A DNA stretch of 64,000 bases, from assembly GCA_951406725.2 (NCBI GenBank), contig OX597815.1, positions 199,702,001 through 199,766,000 of the forward strand. The letters run 5' to 3'. Positions 53,811 through 64,000 of the stretch are shown in pieces. Position numbers and translations under genes: made by a program. Under the pieces are notes generated by a model. That model did no database searches. It was not told where the DNA came from and saw only the letters and a program-made list of their open reading frames with translations. Source of the DNA: Octopus vulgaris. Taxonomy: Eukaryota. Each line of letters begins with the position of its first letter. The stretch's first letter is position 1.

Positions 53811-54242
53811 GGTAGTAGTAGTAGTAGTAGTAGTAGCAGTAGTAGTAGTAACAGCTGGAGCAACAGCAGTAGTAGTGGTACTAGTAGCAGCAACAGCAGC
53901 GGCAGCAGCAGCAGCAGTGGTAGTAGTAGTAGTAGTAGTAGTAGTAGCAGTAGTAGTAGTAACAGCTGGAGCAACAGCAGTAGTAGTAGTAGTACTAGTA
54001 GCAGCAGCAGCAGCAGCAGCAGCAGGAGCAACAGGAACAACAGCAGAAGTAGTAGTAGCAGTAGTAGTAGTAGTAGTAGTAGTAGTAGCAGCAGCAGCAA
54101 CAGGAGCAAAAACAGCAGCAGCAGCGGCAGCAGCAGCAGTGGTAGTAGTAGTAGTTGTAGTAGTAGTAGTAGTAGTAGTAGTAGTAACAGCAGGAGCAAT
54201 AGCAGTAATATTAGTAATAGTAGCAGCAGCAGGAGCAACAGG

Positions 54243-54289
<47 letters not shown>

Positions 54290-54335
54290 TAGCAGTAGCA
54301 GTAGCAGTAGTAGGTAGTGGTAGTGGTGATGGTGG
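53342..54335. repeat. (GTA/GCA)n compound trinucleotide array with higher-order duplication
   Basis: agtaacagctggagcaacagcagtagtagt occurs four times. Confidence 0.95.
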
Positions 54336-54664
54336 TAGTTGTATCAGTTCTTAATTGTGGAAGCGGCAACTTAAGCAGTAGTAGCAGTTATTTGGCGGGA
54401 GTCATAGAAGCTGCAGTGTTGGTAGCAGCAATAACAGCAGCAGTAGCAGCTGTGGCAGTAGTGGTCTTAGTAGTTATCGCCCTTTCTCTCCCAAAGTTAT
54501 TTAGAAGTGGTCGGTATTTGGATATGAAGAGTTTTTTCATTGCTGATGCGTTGTTGTTGTGTTGTGCAGGTCTAAGGAGGAGGTTATAAGATTTATTTGA
54601 TTCTTACTTGAACAGTTGTTTATAGGTTCACTGAGTTATATTTGCCTGTATTCTTATATGTTAA

Positions 54665-55038
54665 CTAGCAGTATCGCCCGGCGTTGCTCAGGTTTGTAAG
54701 GGAAATAACTATAAAGCATTTTTAGAGAGTTATAGCCAAAAAATAGAAAAAAAAATGATGGTAAAATTTTTTTGAGAGTTAAAAAAGGTGGAGTTGCGTC
54801 CCCTAGACGGTCTGTGGTTTGGGTTTCTGATTCTCGACCCCATGTCGAATTTATCGATTTTTTTCAGAACTGGGGGAACTTTTCAAAATTTTCGCTGCGT
54901 TAGTTTTGAATTATGACATTGGGCTATGTGTGTGTCAAGTTTCATCAGAATCGGTTGAAAGCCGTGGTCAGAGTGAGGGTACGAGAAAACAGACACACAG
55001 AAAACGCACAGACAAACTGCCGTTTATATAGAGAGAGA
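54665..55038 (-). mobile_element. Non-autonomous Helitron (second subfamily)
   Basis: Same 3' end as 39048 and 43884; 5' a|TCtctctctatataaa. Confidence 0.85.
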
Positions 55039-55240
55039 TTAGTGATATATGTAGAGACATGCGTTGTCTTAAAGACACTACGGTTTGCTCCATGTAGTTT
55101 TCTCCTCACTCTGAGTAATCAGTTGCATAGATTAGGCTTTCAGACGCACAAGTGGAGTTATTTTTCGCTGTGTAGAGTTGTCTTTGTTTAAAACAGAAGA
55201 TACAGTCCTTGTCATACATACATACATACATACATACATA

Positions 55241-55551
55241 AGTGGCTGTGTGGTAAGTAGCTTGCTTATCAACGACATGGTTGTGTGTCTGTGTTTGTCC
55301 CCCTAGCATTGCTTGACAACCGATGCTGGTGTGTTTACGTCCTCGTCACTTAGCGGTTCGGCAAAAAGAGACCGATAGAATAAGTACTGGGCTTACAAAG
55401 AATAAGTCCCGGGGTCGATTTGCTTTGGTCGGCCCGAGGCTATAGTAGAAGACACTTGTCCAAGGTGCCACGCAGTGGGACTGAACCCGCAACCATGTGG
55501 TTGTTTAGCAAGCTACTTACCACAGTCTTGACTACCACACTCCTGCGCCTA
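55241..55551. mobile_element. Rearranged family B SINE with inverted heads
   Basis: Plus head, plus 3' half, then minus head. Confidence 0.8.
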
Positions 55552-55856
55552 ATTATGCGTACATACTTATGTCAAATTACAGATATTAGTGATATATCGA
55601 CTGTTTGCAAAAAGATTTCTTATCTGTAGTAGTGTTGCAACGAAATTCCTCGAAAAGAGCGACGAGGTGGTACTTTTTTTACTCACTCACCTCTTGCAAA
55701 ACTACTATCCAAACCGTAAAAGATGCTTTTATACTTATGTACATCTCACGGCCCAAGGTACGTTATTTAATCGCTCCACAGCTGCAGCCTTTCGGTTTAC
55801 CCCCTTGCCAAAACAATCGATATCAAAGTTTATATTGCATAAACTTTGTGCTATCA

Positions 55857-55999
55857 TAGGCGTAGGAGTGGCTGTGTGGTAAGTAGCTTGCTTACGAACC
55901 ACATGGTTCCGGGTTCAGTCCCATTGCGTGGCACCTTGGGCAAGTGTCTTCTACTATAGCCTCGGGATATCGTAGACGGAAACTGAAAGAAGCCCGTCG

Positions 56000-56070
<71 letters not shown>

Positions 56071-56281
56071 TTGTGTTTCGGTGTTTGTTCCCCGAACATC
56101 GCTTGACAACTGATGCTGGTGTGTTTACGTTCCCGTAACTTTGCGGTTCGGCAAAAGACACCGATAGAATAAGTACTAGGCTTACAAAGAATAAGTCCTG
56201 GGATCGATTTGCTCGACTAAAACGCGGTGCTCCAGCATGGCCATAGTCAAATGACTGAAACAAGTAAAAGAGTAAAAGAGT
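55857..56281 (+). mobile_element. SINE family B
   Basis: Family homology. Confidence 0.92.
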
Positions 56282-56480
56282 AATGTTACAAGAATTATCT
56301 GCTGCGCATCGTTTACTAAATGGATAACTAAAGATACCAATCTCTTGGTTTATCTGTACTACTAACCTGTAGATATGAGAAGAATACAATCTTGAATTAG
56401 GTGGCTGATAAAAAGAAAAAAAACTACTTCCTCCAAACCAAAAGTAAACTAAAGATTTAGAACCTTCACTAGAAATCATG

Positions 56481-57615
<1,135 letters not shown>

Positions 57616-57860
57616 AGTATGAATATCTGTGTGTGTGTACGACAAAATTCGAAATAATAGTTGAAGTTCGCTTATAACCTATTAAACTTTTCGACCGTTT
57701 GGAAACGGATATCCGTTCTTCGGCAGTGTTGTAATGAATTTCCGTAATCAATAAAGGCACTGGAAGAGACGACGGCGTCTGAAATCGATAAGTTGAACAG
57801 AGAAAGCCAAACGATGCTAAACAAACAAATAAACAAACAAACAAATAAATAAAGATTACA

Positions 57861-57895
<35 letters not shown>

Positions 57896-57939
57896 GAACA
57901 ACAAGCGACCATGATCACTGATGCCGCAGCTACAACCAT

Positions 57940-58255
57940 CGCCGCCACTACAACCACCACCGCCACCGCCACCACCACCACCACCACCACCACCACCACC
58001 ACCACCATCACCACCACTACCGCCACCGCCACCGCCACTACGACGACCACGACCACGACCACCGCCGCCGCCACCACCACCACCACAACGACCACCGCCA
58101 CCTCCGCCGCCTCCGCCGCCTCCGCCTCCGCCGCCTCCGCCTCCGCCGCCGCCGCCTCCACCGCCGCCGCCTCCACCGCCGCCGCCTCCGCCGCCTCCGC
58201 CGCCTCCACCACCACCGCCGCCGCCGCCGCCACCACCACCACCACCACCACTATC
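57940..58255. repeat. GC-rich (CCA/CCG/CCT)n
   Basis: Read directly from the sequence. Confidence 0.95.
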
Positions 58256-58475
58256 ATCAACGACAACAACACTAGCAAATGCAACAACACCAGGAGCAAA
58301 AAACAAAAAACAGCGCAATGCTAAGCACTGGTTCTTTGAGTCGACCCCTTTTTGTGGTATCAGATGCTGCCAGAGATGATGATAGAGAAACAATCAAATT
58401 CTTCAGCAGCACGAACCCCCTCCCTTAGTGACGAGAGAGAAAAAGAAAGAAAGAGAGAAAAAGAAAGAGAGAGAG

Positions 58476-58523
<48 letters not shown>

Positions 58524-58617
58524 GGAATTGCTATTGCTGTTATTTAGCCCTAGGTCAATCGTGATCGATCAGACCTATGATCAAAGGTATTTCAAATATG
58601 ATCACCTGGTCCTTTTT

Positions 58618-58619
<2 letters not shown>

Positions 58620-58674
<55 letters not shown>

Positions 58675-58741
58675 ATATATATATATATATACTGATATAT
58701 ATATGTGTGTATATATATAAATAAATATATATATATATATT

Positions 58742-58830
<89 letters not shown>

Positions 58831-58875
58831 ATATATATATGTATGTATGTATATGTATGTATATATATATATGTA

Positions 58876-58920
<45 letters not shown>

Positions 58921-58935
58921 ATATATATGTGTGTA

Positions 58936-58982
<47 letters not shown>

Positions 58983-59194
58983 ATGTATGTATGTATGTGT
59001 GTGTGTGTTTTATTTTTAAGGCAAAGTATATCTATGGTTATATAATCCAAATGTCACCTTTTTTATTTTTATTTTCTATTGAGACGTGAAGAAGTGTGTG
59101 GGTGTGGGTGTGTGTATGGGGGGGGGGAAAGAGATTTCCTTCATATTCCTTGCGAATGAAACGAACGCGTAAAAAGCTCCTTCTTCTTCAAGAG

Positions 59195-59245
<51 letters not shown>

Positions 59246-59365
59246 GAGAGGGAGAGAGAAAGAGAGAAAGCGGGAGAGAGAGAAGGAGGAGGAGGTGGAA
59301 GCAGAAGGAGAGAAAGGGGGAGGGAGAGAAGGAGAGAAGGAGCAGGAGGAGGAGGGAGAAAGAGA
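58620..59365. repeat. (TA)/(TG) and (GA) microsatellites
   Basis: Read directly from the sequence. Confidence 0.9.
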
Positions 59366-60246
59366 GGGGTTGCAGCTTTATTGCAGTTGGCATCAGCGAT
59401 AGTCAAAATCTCAATGCCTTTTATTGTCATTGTATGAGAATTCCCTTTGTAGTGGAAAGCTGCAACGATGATTCATGCATTTAAAAGAACAAAGCAAAAA
59501 CAACAACATAGATGGGAACATACGTGGAAAAAAGCATGATAGGGTGTTGTTTTTGTTTTTGTTTTTGTGTTTTTACTTTTTGACAATAACAAATACCAAA
59601 AAAAACCCCAAAAAAACAACGAAATAACAATAAGCTTTGCTACGCACGCACGCACGCACGTGTACATGCATGAACGCACGCACGCTTGAGCTAGCGTTCA
59701 GGCTATGTATAAAACATTGTCCCTGTTATGCCATTCAGATGCTGGAGTGTTGAGCAACCTTAACTATGGAACGACATAGAAGACATAACCCCAAATTTCG
59801 ACGTGATGGCAACAGCTTCGGACGAGTAGTGTTAGGCGTTCAACAGTGTTTTAACTATGGAATTAAATCGTTGACATAATCGAAATTTTTAACGTATCGA
59901 AAACAACGTCGAGAATTAAGTTTCAAAGCTTGAACGATATGGTAGATATAATCGATATTGTAAATGTAGTGATTAATAACAAGATCGAATGTGGTGTTGT
60001 AAGTAAACTTATTTATGGAACCAAATATATATGTATATGTGTATATCTATGTATGTATGTATGCATATGTATAGGTATATATTTGTACATATATATGTGT
60101 ATATTGTATGAATATATATATATATATATATATATATTATGTTATCCTCGGGCGGAATTCAGTTTGAAGTTGGGACCAGGCCGGAGCTCTGAATTATCGA
60201 TGTGTGTGTGTGTATGTGTGTGTGTGTGTGTGTGCCCACGCGTGTG

Positions 60247-60303
<57 letters not shown>

Positions 60304-61496
60304 GGTATGAGACAGACAAAGAGAGACAGAGCGGGCGTGAGAAATAAATAAATAAATAAATAAATACATGAAGAAAGAAAGAAAGAGAGCAGAGAGACAG
60401 AGAGAAAAAGAGAAAAAATGTCCTTAAAACCACACCTTTCATTCTTATAACAGGAGACGTTGGATAACATGGCCTTGGTCATCGGCGTATAGTGAAAAGA
60501 CTGGATGGTCACTTCTGAGTGCCCTTGGTCCAATATCTTCTCGATCAAAACTGACCTTGCGCTAAGGAAAAACAATGAATGAAACACAAAGAGCTAAACG
60601 AAAGAGCCACTATGTGGTCATTTGACTTACTAGAAGTAGCTGCCAGGATACATAAAATTACAGCCTACTGTCTTAAAAATGGGAAGGACGTCCAGGATAG
60701 CAAATAATTAGACCACCGTCCCACCGGACTACATAGTTCAGATACATCTTAGTGCTGTTATATCTCAAGTACCATCACTGGAGAAAGCTTGTGACTTAAG
60801 TTGAACACAGCCAGGACCCTTTGACGATTCAAGTTAGTTGACTAGTCAAGACTATTGAAAAGGTTGCAAGAGTCAAGTTAGTTGAGAGTCAAAACTATTG
60901 AAAAGGTTGCAAGACGCAACGAAAATTTTAGGAAAATAAAAATAAGAAATAAGTGGAAATTTTACCGGTGCGTGTGTTATATTATAAGGCACAAAAAGAT
61001 AATGACTCTCCCCAGACACAACTGACTAGTCAGAGTTCCACCACTTTTACGCTAATTATCCATGGCAACAGATGCAGTTCACTCCTAACTCATCAGAGAC
61101 TGCTAAGCAGGCGAGGGAAGTCATTCTTTAAGATAAATCTTACCACAACGAGTCGCACAGCTAAAACATGTTATCAAATAGCCTTGGAAGTTCGTTCATA
61201 GAAGGGCTGCAACAGTTTATGACAAAAAACGAAGCCTACAGCTAGTTGAAGCAAAAAAAGCGGTTTGGAAAAAATAACCCAGACCTACAAACCGAAAGAA
61301 CCACATGCCAGAAGCGGTTTAGCAGCAACATCAATGAAAAGAATAACGATGACGTCGATAGCGTTGTGATGAGCTCATGACTATGAGTTCATGAGTTCCA
61401 AGAAAACTCCATACCTGCCAGAATCTATAGATTGTAGTTACTCCTATGATCTTCGATAGAAACGAAGCAAAGAAGTAATATTTCATTAGAAGTAAA

Positions 61497-62232
61497 TAGG
61501 CGTGGGAGCGGCTGTGTGGTAAGTAGCTCGCTTCCTAACCACATGGTTCCGGGATCAGTCCCACTGCGTGGCACCTTGGGCAAGTGTCTTCTACTATAGC
61601 CTCGGGCCGACCAAAGCCTTGTGAGTGGATTTGGGGATTTGGTAGACGTAAACTGAAAGAAGCCCGTCGTATATATGTATATATATATACCCGGGTCCGT
61701 GCGTATCACGTCAGGTCGACGCTGGGAAGGATGGCTTCCCTTTGCAAATACTGATAGGGCACAGAAAGTGTGTCAATAGCCAGCTGGAGAAGATGTTCTC
61801 CTGGGGCTGCAAGCTACAGTAGCATCCACCCTTAGTGGTTAGCCATATTTAGATGGCAAATATACTTCACATTGTCGTGCAGCTAATGCTTATACCTCGT
61901 TCAGAGATTTATTATTGCTATATATGTATATATATGACATATATATATATATATATATATGACATATATATGTGTGTGTGTGTGTGTGTGTGCGTGTGTG
62001 TGTGCGTGTGTGTGTGTTTGTGTTTGTGTGTCTGGGTTTATCCCCCCAACATCGCTTGACAACCGATGCTGGTGTGTTTACGTCCCCATAATTTAGCGGT
62101 TCGGCAAAAAGAGATCGATAGAATAAGTAACTAGGCTTACAAAGAATAAGTCCTAGGGTTCGATTTGCTCGACTAAAGGCGGTGCTCCAGCATGGCCGCA
62201 GCCGAATGACTGAAACAAGTAAAAGAGTAAAA
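61497..62232 (+). mobile_element. SINE family B with a 230-bp insert (61690-61920)
   Basis: Both SINE halves present; the insert partly matches Helitron interior 43757-43840. Confidence 0.85.
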
Positions 62233-62233
62233 G

Positions 62234-62705
62234 GGTAACTTACGTCTAGTGACATCTGTAGTTACGAATTAACGAGGCAATATTTATTAAATGTCAGTAC
62301 CTCAGGTGCTGAAATATCAGTGATTTACGTTTTAAAGAAAGAATATTTCATTCAATGTTGGCAGTTTATTAAAGAGGCAATATTTCGTAAGACCTTCCTA
62401 ACTTACGTATAAAAACGTAAAGCCATCAATGAAACCGTATTTCATTAGACATCAGTAATTACATATTTAAGAAGCAATATTGGTGTTGGTAACTTGCATA
62501 TAGAAAAGCCGGTGACTTATATATTAAAGAAGCACCATTTCATTAGAATTCAGTTATTTACGTATTAGAGAAGAAATATTCCATAAGATGCAGGTAATCT
62601 ATGTATTAAAGAAATAATATTTACTAGACATCGGTAACTTAGATACGGAAACGTCAGTAACTTACGTATTAAAGAAACAATTTTTATTAATCGTCTGATA
62701 ACTCG
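62234..62705. repeat. Degenerate ~41-bp minisatellite
   Basis: Consensus approx. gacatcagtaacttacgtattaaagaagcaatatttcatta, about 10 imperfect units. Confidence 0.8.
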
Positions 62706-63154
62706 TGAACTATTATTAGTTGTGCGCTGACACAGATTAACTATGAGATGTCTGCTGTCGCAGATTAACTATAGCCTTGAGCTTCTCGTCTGTGAACAGT
62801 TTATTGTATGATTTCAATATTGCTATCAATACGCTTTGTATATTTCGGACAAGATAATGCCAGTGTTATTTTCTGTTATTCCATTTTCTTTTCTTTTATG
62901 ACTTAAAGCAGAAAAATTAGCGCCCATATTTTTTGGGCTCCTGAGAGTGGAGGCTGAGTTTAAATGTTTACAATTGAGAAGATTCCACTGACGTCCTCAA
63001 AGAGCAGGTGGTGGCGTTAAACAAGGTAATACATTAAGTTTATTATTCAAGAACAGAAACAATGCATTTGGTAGGCTTCCGCACAGTTTCCGTTCAGCAA
63101 ATTTCTCGTCTAGTGGCTTCCAACCGACAAATACCAGCTCCATCCTCACACAAA

Positions 63155-63365
63155 ATATTGGTTTCAAAGTTTGGTACAAGGCCAGCAATTTCAGGTGGGG
63201 AGGGAAAGAAGTCGATTACATCGATCCCTGTACTGGACTGGTTCTTATTTTGTCGACCCCGAAAAGATGAAAGGCAAACTCGAACCTGACGGTATTTCAA
63301 CTCAAATTGTAAAGACGGACGAAATGCCGCTAAGCATTTTGCCCAGCCTGGTAACAATGCCTATC
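63155..63365 (-). mobile_element. SINE family A
   Basis: Family homology. Confidence 0.8.
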
Positions 63366-63781
63366 CTGACACGAACTATTTGAACATGTTTAGCTCCTCG
63401 CTCCCTTTTTTATTAATGAGATGACAAAATAGATTTTATATCGAAATAATTATTCTTTCTAAGGTATTCGACACTTTAGCACTTAAACCGGTCACATCCA
63501 ACCTAAATATTCCACCTGTTTGCTGTTCAAATCAACCAGAACTAGTCTTTTACATTTGCCCTACAAAGTCCTTATAAGAATAAACCTATGGTGAAAGGCA
63601 TTCCAGCCGGGACCATCTAGTTTTTTTTCTTTGGTGCAAAATACTCAAGACTAGTGAATCGTTTTCTAAGGTGGTAAAGTGTGATTCAAAGTAGATTTTG
63701 TAGATCGAGCAACATCGTAGGTGTTACTTCGAAAGGGTCTTTCCCGACCATAGGCTCATAAGGTCGGTTTCCTTTATGGAG

Positions 63782-64000
63782 TGGAGGCACATGGCCTAGC
63801 GGTTAGAGCAGCGGACTCGCGGTCGAGGGATCGCGGGTTCGAATCTCAGACCGGGCGACGTGTGTGTTTATGAGCGAAACACCTAAGCTCCACGCGGCTC
63901 CGGCAGAAGGTAATGGCGAACTTCTGCTGACTCTTTCGCCACAACTTTCTCTCACTCTTTCCTCCTGCATCTTGCAGCTCACCTGCGACGGACCGGCGTC
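63782..64000 (+). mobile_element. SINE head C variant + tail X (runs off the window)
   Basis: A-box TGGCCTAGCGG, B-box GGTTCGAATC; ends ctgcgacggaccggcgtc like tail X at 1172. Confidence 0.88.

Noticed and set aside
53273-54354. Ser-rich 346-aa ORF resembling a structural protein
   Set aside because: Trinucleotide array open in several frames on both strands, with no unique domain or splice evidence
60826-60915. 43-bp tandem duplication (similar case at 26555-26646)
   Set aside because: Ordinary local slippage duplication
61170-61350. Possible Tc1 transposase C-terminus (QLVEAKKAVWKK)
   Set aside because: No catalytic motif or TIR recognisable
62234-62705. CRISPR-like periodicity
   Set aside because: Units are contiguous and degenerate with no unique spacers or cas genes; eukaryotic context

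Overview
AT-rich, repeat-saturated eukaryotic DNA with no supportable host protein-coding gene. The mix of very long (TA)n/(CATA)n/(TAA)n microsatellites and tRNA-derived SINE families strongly resembles an Octopus (coleoid cephalopod) genome; this is an inference from repeat content. Almost all listed ORFs are translations of microsatellites or SINEs. Recognisable content: several tRNA-headed SINE families with shuffled head/tail modules, decayed LINE fragments (CR1/L2-like, RTE, R4/Dong-like in (TAA)n), Tc1/mariner and Tigger relics, and Helitrons (one keeps a Pif1-type helicase fragment). The most interesting hidden signal is about a dozen type I hammerhead ribozyme motifs in short, mostly microsatellite-flanked, non-coding elements (retrozyme or Penelope-pLTR-like). 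These include a Schistosoma-Sm-alpha-type full hammerhead with a U3-A8 core (48383-48441), an intact hammerhead inside a perfect 47-bp inverted repeat (4213-4270), a tRNA-promoter-headed hammerhead element with an inverted end (8683-9090) and a decayed head-to-tail dimer (40400-41340). All base pairings were worked out by eye; no folding software or database search was run.
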